The position numbers and the translations under genes are program-made. Positions 11,559 to 22,521 of a stretch of DNA of 64,000 nt are shown piece after piece; position 1 is the first letter of the stretch; the number at the start of each line of letters is the position of its first letter. Where the stretch lies: assembly GCA_963814235.1 (NCBI GenBank), contig CAWFCA010000013.1:29548-93547 (forward strand), written 5' to 3'. The stretch comes from Bryobacterales bacterium. GTDB lineage: Bacteria; Acidobacteriota; Terriglobia; Bryobacterales; Bryobacteraceae. The notes beneath the pieces were generated by a model. That model did no database searches. It saw only the letters and a list, made by a program, of their open reading frames with translations, and was not told the DNA's origin.

Positions 11559-12782
11559 ATGGAATTATTCAAAGCTACTAACTTCGACTTTTTGGGCAAG
11601 AAGTGGCCCTTCATCATTGCCTCGCTGGTGCTGACCGCCGCGGGGCTGATTAGTTTATTCGTGAAAGGCGGACCGCGTTACGGGATCGATTTCAAGGGAG
11701 GGACGATGACCACGGTGAAGTTCCAGGGAACGCCGCCGGTGAATCAGATCCGCTCCGCCATCGACCGGAACCTGGGCGCGGGAGCGACGGTGCAGAACTT
11801 CGTGGGAGGCGAGAACGAGGTCGCGATCGGTACCGAGGGATCGGATTCCAATACGCGGCAGCGTGTCATGACCACTCTCGAATCGGTCTTCGGAAAGGTT
11901 TCAGCGGGCAAGCTCGACTTGAATAACGCGAGCGCCGCCGACATCGCGAATCGCCTGCGAACGCCGCTCCAGACCGCGGGCGTTCTGATGACCGATGAGC
12001 AACTAAACCGCATGGCGACCGACATACGCACGTTCCGGGACTCGCCGCCGCGGTCGGGCCTGCTCTCCGGGATCGATCAGTTGTCCGGAGTGCCCGGCGT
12101 CACGCCGCAGGTTCTCAATGTGATGAAGCAGGAAGCGGCGCTCTCGCCTTTTGCGCTACGTTCTTCCGACTTCGTCGGACCGAAGGTGGGCGCCCAACTG
12201 CGACGGCAGGCCATTGTCGCCACGCTTTGCGCATTGGCTGGAATGCTGATATACATAGCGTTCCGCTTTGAGTGGATCTATGGGCTTGCTGCCGTGATCG
12301 CCGTTTTCCATGACACGATCATCACGATCGGGATGTTCTCGCTGTTCAATAAGGAGATCGACCTGACCGTGATTGCGGCTTTGTTGACCCTGGTTGGATA
12401 CTCGATGAACGACACGATCGTGATCTTCGACCGCATCCGCGAGAATCTCCGGCTGGGAACAAAGAGCCGCGAGCCCCTGGAGAGCGTCATCAACCGCAGC
12501 GTGAACCAGACCCTGAGCCGTACGGTGATGACGTCGGGCCTCACATTCCTGACCGTGCTGGCGCTTTTTCTGTTCGGCGGCCCCGTGCTTCACGGCTTTT
12601 CGTTCGCTCTTGTGGTGGGCATTATCATCGGGACTTATTCTTCGGTCTTTATTGCGAGTCCAATCGTACTGGTTTGGCACAACTGGCTCGATCAGCGTGG
12701 AAAGCTGGCGCCAGTTGGTATAGAATCGCGTTCTACGGTACGTGGTGTTGGAACAAAGAGTTCGGCAAGAGTGATCAAGTAA
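11559..12782 (+). CDS. secF: Protein translocase subunit SecF
   Basis: GIDFKGG, VGPKVG, GYSMNDTIVIFDRIREN, GTYSSVFIA. Confidence 0.96.
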   Translation: MELFKATNFDFLGKKWPFIIASLVLTAAGLISLFVKGGPRYGIDFKGGTMTTVKFQGTPPVNQIRSAIDRNLGAGATVQNFVGGENEVAIGTEGSDSNTRQRVMTTLESVFGKVSAGKLDLNNASAADIANRLRTPLQTAGVLMTDEQLNRMATDIRTFRDSPPRSGLLSGIDQLSGVPGVTPQVLNVMKQEAALSPFALRSSDFVGPKVGAQLRRQAIVATLCALAGMLIYIAFRFEWIYGLAAVIAVFHDTIITIGMFSLFNKEIDLTVIAALLTLVGYSMNDTIVIFDRIRENLRLGTKSREPLESVINRSVNQTLSRTVMTSGLTFLTVLALFLFGGPVLHGFSFALVVGIIIGTYSSVFIASPIVLVWHNWLDQRGKLAPVGIESRSTVRGVGTKSSARVIK

Positions 12783-12823
12783 GAAATTGATTGAGCAGTT
12801 GATCGAAGGGGGTTGAACGCACG

Positions 12824-13570
12824 ATGTTTGAGCAAAGTTTTGTGCAGACCGGCGATACGGGGAAGAGGGCATCGACTATTTTCGTATCGTTTGGCATCCA
12901 GGTCTTAGTACTCGGGGTTCTGATCATCCTTCCCATGATCTACTTCGACGCGCTTCCGAAGGGTCAGTTGGCAAGCATGCTGGTAGCGCCGCCGCCGCCT
13001 CCGCCACCTCCGCCGCCGCCCCCCGCGCAGGCAGTGAAACAGGTCAAGATCATTCCGCGCCAGATGGATTTGAACGTGCTTCACGCGCCCAAGACCATTC
13101 CTAAAGAAGTAAAGATGATCAAAGAGGAAGAGCTGCCGCCGCCGACGACCGGCGTGGTGGGTGGAGTTGCGGGATCTTCGGGGTAGCGCTGGTGGCGTGC
13201 TCAACGGGGTGATCGGAGGGTTGCCGAATCGGCGCCGCCGCCTCCGCCGCCGCCCGCGCCCAAAGCGGCTGCGCCGAATAAGCCCATCCGCGTTGGGGGC
13301 AGTGTTACGGCGGCGAACTTGCTGCATCAAGTCAAGCCTGCGTATCCTCCACTGGCCCGGCAGGCGCGTATCTCCGGCGTGGTTCGATTCAACGCCAAGA
13401 TCTCGAAAGACGGCCGGATCGAGGATTTGACCCTGATCAGCGGACATCCCTTGTTAGTGCAGGCCGCGCAGGATGCGGTCCGGCAGTGGGTTTATCGGCC
13501 GACTCAGCTGAACGGTGAGCCGGTGGAAGTGCTCACTACCATCGATGTAAATTTCACCTTGAGCAATTAA
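12824..13570 (+). CDS. tonB: Energy transducer TonB (frameshifted near 13170-13235)
   Basis: TM anchor, poly-Pro, GVVGGV repeats, C-terminal KPAYPPLARQARISGVV...QWVYRP in separate frames. Confidence 0.85.
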
Positions 13571-13645
13571 GCCAAACCAGTTTTTCGGATTCGTTCAGAA
13601 ACGGAAAGTAACGCAACTTAACTCAACTCGCAGGGAGACAAGACG

Positions 13646-14389
13646 ATGCTTTTACAGGCACAAGTATGGGGCTTTTGGTTGTTCCAGGAAGCGGGAGCAA
13701 TCGGTTGGGATCCGCGTTCACTGTGGAACCAGATGGGAGGTTTGGCTAAGGCCGTAGTTATCATCCTGTTCATCATGTCGGCGTGGTCCATCGGCGTGAT
13801 GATCGATCGGTTGATGGCTTATCAGGCAGCCAAGAAGCAGTCCCGGGCGTTTGCTCCGGCAGTCGCCGGCGCACTGCGCGAAGGGAAGTTGGATGAAGCG
13901 GTGAAGATCGCCGACCGCTACAAGAAGAGCCATTTGGCGAAAGTCGTTGTTGCCGGACTCCAGGAGTTCCAGGCGCATCAGGCAAGTCCGGAGATATCGG
14001 GCGAAGAGATCGATGCTTCGCAGCGTGCCCTGGTGCGGGCGGAAGCCATCGTTCACGCGGAGCTGAAACGCGGCGTCAGCAGCCTGGCGACCATCGGATC
14101 GACCGCGCCGTTCGTCGGCCTGTTCGGAACCGTCGTCGGGATCATTAACGCGTTCAAAGATATGGCCGCGCAGAAATCGCCTGGCATCGGCGCCATCGCG
14201 GGTGGTATCTCGGAAGCGCTGGTGACCACCGCTATCGGTCTCCTCGTGGCCGTGCCCGCGGTGTGGATGTTCAACTACTTCACCGGACGGATCGACTCCT
14301 TCGACGTCGAGATGGGTAACTCCAGCTCGGAGTTGATCGATTATTTCCTGAAGCGGTCCCAGTCCCGCACCGCTGCCATCCGTAAGTAG
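13646..14389 (+). CDS. MotA/TolQ/ExbB proton channel
   Basis: LATIGSTAPFVGLFGTVVGII, GISEALVTTAIGLLVAVPAV. Confidence 0.93.
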   Translation: MLLQAQVWGFWLFQEAGAIGWDPRSLWNQMGGLAKAVVIILFIMSAWSIGVMIDRLMAYQAAKKQSRAFAPAVAGALREGKLDEAVKIADRYKKSHLAKVVVAGLQEFQAHQASPEISGEEIDASQRALVRAEAIVHAELKRGVSSLATIGSTAPFVGLFGTVVGIINAFKDMAAQKSPGIGAIAGGISEALVTTAIGLLVAVPAVWMFNYFTGRIDSFDVEMGNSSSELIDYFLKRSQSRTAAIRK

Positions 14390-14500
14390 TTGCAGCTGTA
14401 GTGCGGCGAGTTGAGTTGCGGGTAGTCAGGCGCCGGAACAGCGCGCCTGGCTGCCCCATCGTGAACTTGCCGGTGAAAGAGACATTGTAAGGAGAACCCG

Positions 14501-14959
14501 ATGGATTTAAAGAAAGCGCCACCGCCCGTTTCGGAAATCAATGTCACGCCGATGGTCGATGTGATGCTGGTCGTACTGATCATCTTCATGGTCATCACCC
14601 CTCTTCTTTCGAAGTCGGTGCCTCTTGATATGGCGAAAGCCCGGAACCCGATCACGATGGGCGATGCGGATAAGGAAGACGCGGTCATCGTTGCTATCAC
14701 CCGCGACGGCCAAACCTATCTCAGCCCGGGTCTGGTCAAAGTACAGCCGGACCAACTTTCCCAGAAGGTAAAAGAGCTGCTGACCAACAAGGTGGAAAAG
14801 ACTGTATTCATCAAGGCGGACGCGCGGTCGAAGTACGAGCGTGTGGAAGAGGTGGTAGACGATCTGCGAGCGGGTGGAGTGGACCAACTTGGCCTGCTGA
14901 CGGATCAGGCTGCCGAAAACAAGAAGAAAGCTGGCAGCTCTAGCGCCAGCACGATGTAG
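14501..14959 (+). CDS. ExbD/TolR family protein
   Basis: SEINVTPMVDVMLVVLIIFMV, FIKAD. Confidence 0.92.
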   Translation: MDLKKAPPPVSEINVTPMVDVMLVVLIIFMVITPLLSKSVPLDMAKARNPITMGDADKEDAVIVAITRDGQTYLSPGLVKVQPDQLSQKVKELLTNKVEKTVFIKADARSKYERVEEVVDDLRAGGVDQLGLLTDQAAENKKKAGSSSASTM

Positions 14960-14995
14960 AACGCCGAGAAGCAATTCCTTTAAAGGAGATTTCCT

Positions 14996-15424
14996 ATGGC
15001 AATGGCAGTTGGCGGCGGATCCGGCGGGGTCTCAGCCAATATCAATATGACGCCGATGATCGATATTCTTCTGGTCTTATTGATCATCTTTATGGCGATT
15101 TCCCCGACCAAGCCGAAAGGACTTGAGGCGCTCGCTCCCCAGCCTCCACCCCCGAACGCGCCGCCTCCTCCGGACAATGACCGGACGGTGGTGATCCAGG
15201 TGGACAAGAACCACAACTGGAAGATCAATCAGGAGGACATTACCGAAGACCGCCTCGAAGATCGCCTCATCGCGATATTTAAAACGCGCGCCGAACGCGT
15301 GGTGTTCGTCAAAGGGGACCCGGATCTGGAATTTGAATGGGTTGCTCGCGCCATCGATCATGCGCACGGGGCGAATATCGACAAAGTCGGATTGATGACC
15401 CCGAAGGTGGAGGAAGGGAAATAA
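14996..15424 (+). CDS. ExbD/TolR family protein (second copy)
   Basis: NINMTPMIDILLVLLIIFM, VFVKGD. Confidence 0.92.
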   Translation: MAMAVGGGSGGVSANINMTPMIDILLVLLIIFMAISPTKPKGLEALAPQPPPPNAPPPPDNDRTVVIQVDKNHNWKINQEDITEDRLEDRLIAIFKTRAERVVFVKGDPDLEFEWVARAIDHAHGANIDKVGLMTPKVEEGK

Positions 15425-16233
15425 TGCGGTTAGAATACGCCGTCATTGCGGCGTCCCTCGGGATGGTGGTGACCTTCAGCTCGGGTTGTGAAAAGCTCAA
15501 AGCTCGCGACAACTTGAACAAGGGCGTCCAATCCTTCAAGGCCGCCAAGTATTCCGCCGCCGTTGAACACTTTCAGACTGCTGTAGCAGCCGACCCGAAA
15601 TTCACGACGGCGCGGTTGTATCTCGCCACCGCGTACGAGATGCAGTACGTTCCCGGGATCGATTCCGCCGAGAATATGCAGTTTGCCAAGTCCGCCATGG
15701 ATCAATTCAACAAGGTTCTGGCTGATGAACCCAAGAATGTCCTCGCCATCTCGTCGATCGCTTCGCTTTACTACAACGAGAAGAAGTTCGATGAGGCCGG
15801 CGAGTGGCATCGAAAAGTCATTGCAGTCGATCCGAAGAACAAAGAGTCTTATTACACTCTGGGTGTTCTCGCGTGGACCAAGTGGCTGCCGGTCGACCGC
15901 CAGGCCCGTGTCGACTCAGGCCAGAAAGCCGAGGATCCAGGGCCGATCAAAAACCCCAAGATCCGCGCCTCCTTAAAAGAGAAATGGATGCCGGTGCTCG
16001 ATCAGGGCATGAAGGACGAGGAGCAGGCTCTCCAGATCGATCCCGAGTATGACGACGCTATGGCCTACATGAACCTGCTGATTCGCTACCGCGCGGATTT
16101 GCTCGACACGCCGGATGAGTATAAGAAAGCCATCGAAGAAGCCGATAAGTGGGTGAACAAATCGCTCGAAGCCAGAAAAGTGAAAGCCGAGCGCAAGGCG
16201 AAAGCCGCCGATGGCGGTCAGAAGACCGAATAG
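15424..16233 (+). CDS. TPR-repeat lipoprotein
   Basis: ATG 15424 overlaps exbD stop; lipobox FSSGC; TPR-like helices (AVAADPKFTTARLYLA, AVDPKNKESYYTLG). Confidence 0.8.
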   Translation: MRLEYAVIAASLGMVVTFSSGCEKLKARDNLNKGVQSFKAAKYSAAVEHFQTAVAADPKFTTARLYLATAYEMQYVPGIDSAENMQFAKSAMDQFNKVLADEPKNVLAISSIASLYYNEKKFDEAGEWHRKVIAVDPKNKESYYTLGVLAWTKWLPVDRQARVDSGQKAEDPGPIKNPKIRASLKEKWMPVLDQGMKDEEQALQIDPEYDDAMAYMNLLIRYRADLLDTPDEYKKAIEEADKWVNKSLEARKVKAERKAKAADGGQKTE

Positions 16234-16259
16234 CCGATAGGTTCCATTTAGTGTGTCTC

Positions 16260-16285
16260 GGGCGGCTCGCAGGAGCCGCCCTTTT
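16260..16285 (+). terminator. Intrinsic terminator
   Basis: GGGCGGCTC-GCAG-GAGCCGCCC followed by TTTT. Confidence 0.8.
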
Positions 16286-16350
16286 CCATTTCCAAGGGCC
16301 TGCACGCCCGTCCAACCCAAACTTTAAACCGGATTTTCTAAACTGAAGTT

Positions 16351-18565
16351 GTGAGCTCCGATCCTCCAGCCGCCGTCGAACCTGCCCCGCCTTCCGCGAG
16401 CCCGTTGACGCTGGAAGAATCGTTCGACCAGTTGCGCGCCCGCGTCACGGCAAATCGGCCTAATGAGGATTTCGCTCCGATCGAGAAGGCCTATTTATTT
16501 GCGGAGTCGCTCCATCAAGGCCAGTTTCGTGAATCAGGCGAGCCGTATATGTCCCATCCCGTCGCTGTCGCCGGGATCCTGGCCGAGATGCGCATGGATG
16601 CCGTGTCCATCGAGACCGGATTACTGCACGACGTGGTCGAAGACACGCTCGGCGACCCCCGAGGAAGTGCGCAAACAGTTCGGTGACGAGGTTTCTCGCT
16701 GCGTCGACGGCGTAACCAAGTTAAGCAAGCTCGATTTCAGTTCGGCCGAAGATCGGCAGGCCGAAAGTTACCGCAAAATGCTCCTGGCGATGGTGAACGA
16801 CATCCGCGTGATGATCGTCAAACTGGCGGACCGCCTGCACAACATGCGGACCCTCCGTGCTCTCTCGACGGAACGCCGCGAGCGTATTGCCCATGAGACG
16901 GTGGAAATCTATGCGCCCATCGCGCACCGGCTCGGCATGGGAAAAATGCGCGGCGAGCTCGAAGATCTGGCCTTCCGCTACCTCGATCCCGAAGCCTTTG
17001 CCGAGATATCGGAACGCATCGAATCCAACCGTGCGGAAAATGAAAGCTTTCTGTCCGAGATCAAGTGGATCATTGAGGAGGAGCTGCGGAAAGAGTCCAT
17101 ACCCGCCCGTGTGGAAGGACGCGTGAAGCGTGCCTACTCGGTGTATCAAAAGCTGAAAAAACAGCAGATCTCCATCGAGCAGGTGTACGACCTCCTGGCT
17201 ATTCGCATCATCACGGACTCGGTGAAGAATTGCTACGCCGCGCTGGGCGTGATTCATAACGAATGGCATCCCATACCGGGCCGCATCAAGGACTTCATCG
17301 CGATCCCGCGCCCCAATCTTTACCAGTCTCTGCATACGTCGGTCGTTGGACTCGAAGGGCGCCAATTCGAAGTTCAAATCCGCACCGAAGACATGCACCG
17401 CGTCGCTGAAGAAGGCATTGCGGCCCACTGGAAGTATAAAGAAGGGCGCCGCGGTCCGGCCGAAGACGACCAACGGATTGCCTGGGTTCGCCACCTGGTG
17501 GAATGGCAGCGCGATATGAGCGACCCGAGCGACTTCATGTCGACACTCAAGGTCGACCTCTACCCGGACGAAGTCTATATCTTTACCCCTAAGGGCCGTG
17601 TCATCGTCCTGCCGAAGGATTCCACACCTGTCGACTTTGCCTACGCCATTCACTCGGACGTCGGCAACACGTGTTACAGCGCCAAGGTGAATGGTAAGTC
17701 GGTCCCGCTCCGCCACACGCTCCAGAACGGCGACACCGTCGAGATCGTCACGCAAAGCACGCAGAAGCCGAGCAAAGATTGGCTTTCGTTTGTCAAAACG
17801 GCAAAGGCGCGAAACAAGATCCGGCATCTCATCAACGCGGAAGAGCGCGATAAGGCGATCGAAATCGGCCAAAAATATCTGGATCGCGAAGCGCGCCGGG
17901 TCGGCTTCTCTCTCAATCGCGCGCCAAAAGAGGAACTGCAGCGCGTTGCCGGGGAATACGGTTACGGGAAGATGGAAGACCTTTACGCCGCGCTTGGCTT
18001 CGGGCGGTTCAGCGCCCGTCAGGTGCTTCTCAAGCTGGTTCCGGCTCCCATCCCCGAAGTTCCCGTAGAGGCTGAGTTCGATGCCGCAGCGCCGCGGACG
18101 GGAGCCGGTTCCGACGGCGTTATCAAGGTGAGCGGCCTGGATGAACTCCTGGTCTACCGCGCGAAATGTTGCAACCCCATCCGCGGCGAAGCCATCGTGG
18201 GATATGTGAGCCGGGGGAAGGGAATTGCCGTCCATTCCAAGATGTGCCCCAATGTGCAGAACCTGTTGTATGAGCCGGAGCGAAAGATAGAGGTCGCCTG
18301 GGAGGGTACTGCTTCCGCCGCGCTTCCCGTGCACCTCGTCGTGCGAACGGATGACCGGCCGGGGCTACTGAATCAACTGACCGCCATCCTCTCGAACGAG
18401 GGCGCGAATATCCGCAGCCTCGAAGCCAAGACCGAGATCGATGCCACGCGCGATGCCCTGATTGAAATGACCATTGATGTGAAGGATAAGAAGCAATTGG
18501 AAAAGCTGCTCAGCTCCATGCGGCGGATCTCCGGAATCCGCGATGTCGAGAGGAGATTGCAATGA
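16351..18565 (+). CDS. spoT: Bifunctional (p)ppGpp synthetase/hydrolase RelA/SpoT (frameshift near 16655)
   Basis: HD domain (RESGEPYMSHP, LLHDVVEDT), KLADRLHNMRTL, YQSLHT, TGS (TPVDFAYAIHS), AKCCNP, ACT domain. Confidence 0.92.
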
Positions 18566-18903
18566 GCCCGATCACCTCGACGGACCCTGAGCATATCGCT
18601 ATTTCGAAATCGCGGGGAATCTCGATCGATTGGAAAGATGGTCACAAGAGTGTCTTTGACAACGAGTTTCTGCGCGACCATTGCCCCTGCGCCAGTTGCA
18701 CGGGCGCGCATGGGACCGCGCCCCGCGCCAAAGCCTCCGAAAACCCGCTCAAGCTCTTCACCCCCAAACTGAAAATGGAAAGCGTGGAGCCGGTCGGAAA
18801 CTATGCCATTCGGATCGCCTGGAATGACGGTCACTCCACGGGCATTTACTCTTTTGCCCACCTCCGCGGTATCTCGCGCGAACCCGCCGGCGGTTCCGTG
18901 TAG
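18562..18903 (+). CDS. DUF971 (GBBH N-terminal-like) protein
   Basis: WKDGH, LRDHCPCASC, VGNYAIRIAWNDGHSTGIYSF. Confidence 0.9.
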   Translation: MSPITSTDPEHIAISKSRGISIDWKDGHKSVFDNEFLRDHCPCASCTGAHGTAPRAKASENPLKLFTPKLKMESVEPVGNYAIRIAWNDGHSTGIYSFAHLRGISREPAGGSV

Positions 18904-18963
18904 CCTGTTACGTTTTGGGGCCGCAGCGGCGGCCACCGGTAGAATCGTGCTCCGCGTGAGCGC

Positions 18964-19320
18964 ATGGAGACAATACCGATACCGGAATATGAAACTGTGC
19001 CGCTGGAAGACATCACGACCGGAATTGCCGGTCCGCGGCTCCTGTTCGTGAACGTCTTTGCCGTTGGGGACGCTCACGACGGGTGGGTACTCATCGACGC
19101 AGGCGTCCCGCACTCGGCCGGAAAATCAAGAGTTGGAGCGAGAAGCTGATTCGGACCGGCGTGGCGCCCCACGCCATTGTGCTGACTCACGGCCACTTCG
19201 ATCATGCCGGGGCCCTCAAGACCCTCGCCGCCGAGTGGGACGTGCCCGTCTTTGCACAACGAGCGCGAGCTGCCGTTCATCACCGGGCGCGAGAATTATC
19301 CTCCTCCCCACCCGGGCGTC
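18964..19320 (+). pseudogene. 5' part of an MBL-fold metallo-hydrolase, truncated
   Basis: WVLIDAG, IVLTHGHFDHAG, ERELPFITGRENYPPP across frames; similarity is lost after about 19320. Confidence 0.75.
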
Positions 19321-19385
19321 TTCGACCGCAAAACCCAAACGCGAACGAACCCGCGAGGTGTTTACACAGAATCGCGGACACTCCC
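19321..19385 (+). mobile_element. IS256-like right-end remnant
   Basis: TTACACAGAATCGCGGACACTCCC (19362-19385) resembles IS256-family terminal repeats; frame ends LHRIADTP, like IS256 transposase tails. Confidence 0.5.
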
Positions 19386-19842
19386 CGGTCACAAGGACTT
19401 CTGGGCCTTATCGGTGATCCTCGGTCGCGAACAAAATCCGCACGCGATCATGCCCAATGGACCGTCGATCCGATAAGTTATTTGAGGTCCTGCTCTTGAA
19501 CGTACTTCGTGCAAATCGGTTCTTCAGCGCCTCGACTGTTTTCAGGATCTTGGGAGATGTTATCGGCAGGTATTTCCCACTGGTTAAATCCTACCGGTTG
19601 CTTCGTTCGCTCGTGCAGTCTGGATTTCGTCGAGCACCTCATTACGAAGTGCCGCTCCTTTGCCGTGGACTGTCTCGAAAACGACAATGAAGCAAAACGA
19701 TAAGGTTGCGGCATCGTAAGTTTGCCACATGGATCAGGGCAAGAAGCCGAGAAGAAACCAGACCTTCCGCAATATTTAGCAACTCAGCTTTGTCCGGAAC
19801 CCGTTAGAAAGCCAGCTTCTGTACCGCCAACGACAGTTACCG

Positions 19843-22521
19843 TTACTGAACGCGCAGCGCAATCATCGGCTCGATTCCTGAAGCTCTTCGTGCCGGTATA
19901 TAGCCGGAGAAGACTGCTACAGTCATAAGCAAGAGAACCGTTCCCGCATACGTTGCAGCGTCCCACGGAGAAGTACCGTAGAGAAGCGAGGCAATAAGAC
20001 GCGCTGATCCGAGTGACGCTGCTGTTCCGATCACTATGCCGGCTACGACCAGACGCAAGGTGCCGAGAAGAACCTCACGTCGGACGCGGCCGGCGCTGGC
20101 CCCTAGTGCCATGCGGACTCCGATCTCCTGGGTTTTCCGGGTGACCGAATAGGAGATCACACCGTAGATACCGAGTGCCGCCAGCAACAGCCCGAGACCA
20201 GAAAATGCGGCTACCAGTACCGTGAAGAAACGGCGGGGCGAGCGGGCCCGGTCGACAATGGTCCGGACGGGCCGAAACTCTGCCGCGGGTTGCCGCGGAT
20301 TAAGCTCTCGGAGCACGTGCAGGACGGCGGCGGCCAGCGTGCCGGGAGGCAAGCTCGTACGCAGCACAAGTTGTGCGCCGGACGGGTTTTGCTGTGTCAC
20401 CGGGTAATAGATCTGCGAGCCTACCGGGCCCTCTACGTTCTCCTCGTGAACATCGTCAACGATGCCGATCACTTGATCTGCCTCCTTGTCGCGCATGAGA
20501 ATTTTGCCCAAGGGGTCGTCACCCGGCCAGTAGACCCGGGCGGCGGAAGCGTTGATGAGGACCACTCTTTGGCTATGCGAGGTATCGGACCAGGCGAAGT
20601 CACGCCCACGCAGGTGAATGCCCATGGCACGGATGAATCCCGGCGTGATGACATACACCAGCGGAGTTGGCAGTTGGCCTGGGGAGAAAATCTTCCCCTG
20701 CGGACTCGGTTCGTCCCATTGGCGGTTTGGGCCCAAAGGAAGGTAGTCTGCCACGCCAGCAGCCTTAACGCCAGGCAGCGCCGCGATGCGGGTGAGAATC
20801 TGCTGGAAGATTGTGGCGCGCTTGGCTGCGCGGGCGCCGGAAGATGGCGCTGTGTCGTCGTAATCGATTTTTATCGAGGCCGCGTGTTCGGGCTCGAAAC
20901 CAAGATTGACATCGAGGACATTGAGAAAGCTGCGTAGCATCAGCCCGGCGCTTACCAGAAGGACACAAGCGAGAGCAACCTCCGAAACCACCAGTGCGGC
21001 CCGGACCCGCTCATGTCTTCGACCGAGGCCCGCGCCCGGACCGGAATCCTTAAGCGCGCCCTGAAGATTTCCGCCCCCGGCTCTCAGCCCTGGAACAAGC
21101 CCGAAGAGTATGGTTGTGAACCCCGCGATGAGAACCGCCCAGCCGAGCGCCTGGCCGTCAATGCGCAATGTGCTAAGGAGCGGCAGTGCCAGCGATCCTT
21201 GGTGCGCGAGCCACGCGATTAGCAGGAACGCCAAGAAGAGTCCTACGGCTGTTCCCGCAGCGCACAAGACGAGACTTTCAACAAGCAATAGCTGTATTGT
21301 GCGGCCACGGCTCGCTCCGAGTGCGCCGCGGACGGCAAACTCTTTGCTTCGCACCGCGGCGCGCGCCAAGAGCAGATTTGAGAGATTCACTCCAGCTATG
21401 AGTAGAATCGTTCCGACGGCGCACCATAGAGCGGTCAGCGGCCGACGCAGCGTGCCGGTGACGTGGTCCTTGAGCGCCCCTGGAATGAGACCACCTATAT
21501 AACGTCCCCGCGTTTCGGGAAACTTGACGTTGAAATAAATGTCCGGCGCGATCCGCTTGGCATCGTCCGCCGCCTGGGCTAAGGTTACACCCGCCTTTAA
21601 ACGGCCGAGAAGGGTCACGATGTTGCCCCAATCGCGCGCTTGGCTCAGATTCATCGGGGTGAAAAGATCGACTTTCGCGCCTGGAGAAAACACCGCGCCG
21701 AAGTCGAAGCTGGCGGGCAAAACTCCTACTACCGTGACCGATGTTCCATTGAGATCGAGCGTCCTCCCTATGATGCCGGGATCTGCGTTGAAGTGTCGCT
21801 GCCAATATAAGTTCGCCAGCAGCGCCACTGGCCGGTCTCCGCGAGCCTCGCCGGGGGTAAATAGGCGGCCTATAGCAGGCTGCACGCCGAGGACCTGGAA
21901 AAAGTTGCCGATCACGTCCATGCCCGTAGCCGACTGTGGCTCAGACCGGCCAGTGAGACGAAGGTTGTCGGGAGTGCTGAAGGCGAAGTATCCGGTAACG
22001 TCTTGATATACACGGCTACGGGCCCGGAATTCTTCAAATGCGTCCGAGGAGTAGGTAGCGCAGGATAAGCCGCAACCGCCGGGCGGCGGTGCGATCCAGG
22101 CGAGTTGGCGCGAGTCAGGAAACGGCAATGGCCGCAGAAGCAGCGTATTGACTAAGCTGAAAACAGCGATATTAGCTCCAATGGCCAAAGCCAGGATGAC
22201 GATCGAAACGGTGGCAAAGCCGGGGTCGCGTTTCACCGTGCGCAAGGCATAGCGCAGGTCCTGAAGTGAGTCTGTACCGTAATCTTTCAGGCGTTTGCGG
22301 CGCTTCATTTTCTCTCCAATGCTTTCGCCGATTTGTTGCAACGCGCGCAAGTCACCGAATTGGCGCTCGGCTTCCTGACGCGCGGCCTCGGGACTCAAGC
22401 CCCGAGCCAGCAAGTCGTCCATTTTCGCTTCGAGGTGAAAGCGCAATTCATCCCTTATGTCGGCGGCGGGGTCAGGACCGGCGAGGCGGGCGTAGCGACG
22501 CGATAGCGGATCCGGCTTCAT
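19843..22521 (-). CDS. Acidobacterial duplicated orphan permease (ADOP; MacB/FtsX duplicated)
   Basis: DELRFHLE..AERQFG prefix, QDLRYALR, LAIGANIAVFS, two FtsX domains (EFAVRGALGA, EIGVRMALGA). Confidence 0.92.
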   Translation of the reverse strand: MKPDPLSRRYARLAGPDPAADIRDELRFHLEAKMDDLLARGLSPEAARQEAERQFGDLRALQQIGESIGEKMKRRKRLKDYGTDSLQDLRYALRTVKRDPGFATVSIVILALAIGANIAVFSLVNTLLLRPLPFPDSRQLAWIAPPPGGCGLSCATYSSDAFEEFRARSRVYQDVTGYFAFSTPDNLRLTGRSEPQSATGMDVIGNFFQVLGVQPAIGRLFTPGEARGDRPVALLANLYWQRHFNADPGIIGRTLDLNGTSVTVVGVLPASFDFGAVFSPGAKVDLFTPMNLSQARDWGNIVTLLGRLKAGVTLAQAADDAKRIAPDIYFNVKFPETRGRYIGGLIPGALKDHVTGTLRRPLTALWCAVGTILLIAGVNLSNLLLARAAVRSKEFAVRGALGASRGRTIQLLLVESLVLCAAGTAVGLFLAFLLIAWLAHQGSLALPLLSTLRIDGQALGWAVLIAGFTTILFGLVPGLRAGGGNLQGALKDSGPGAGLGRRHERVRAALVVSEVALACVLLVSAGLMLRSFLNVLDVNLGFEPEHAASIKIDYDDTAPSSGARAAKRATIFQQILTRIAALPGVKAAGVADYLPLGPNRQWDEPSPQGKIFSPGQLPTPLVYVITPGFIRAMGIHLRGRDFAWSDTSHSQRVVLINASAARVYWPGDDPLGKILMRDKEADQVIGIVDDVHEENVEGPVGSQIYYPVTQQNPSGAQLVLRTSLPPGTLAAAVLHVLRELNPRQPAAEFRPVRTIVDRARSPRRFFTVLVAAFSGLGLLLAALGIYGVISYSVTRKTQEIGVRMALGASAGRVRREVLLGTLRLVVAGIVIGTAASLGSARLIASLLYGTSPWDAATYAGTVLLLMTVAVFSGYIPARRASGIEPMIALRVQ

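Noticed and set aside
12985-13260. CCG-rich tandem repeats
   Set aside because: They encode the poly-proline linker of TonB.
16351-18565. relA/spoT, tonB and carboxyltransferase as pseudogenes or programmed frameshifts
   Set aside because: Isolated single-base indels in otherwise intact core genes, some in short homopolymers, are better explained as sequencing errors.
19400-19840. Short ORFs after the island junction (also 23740-24098 and 25243-25500)
   Set aside because: No RBS, motif or codon support; probably decayed DNA.
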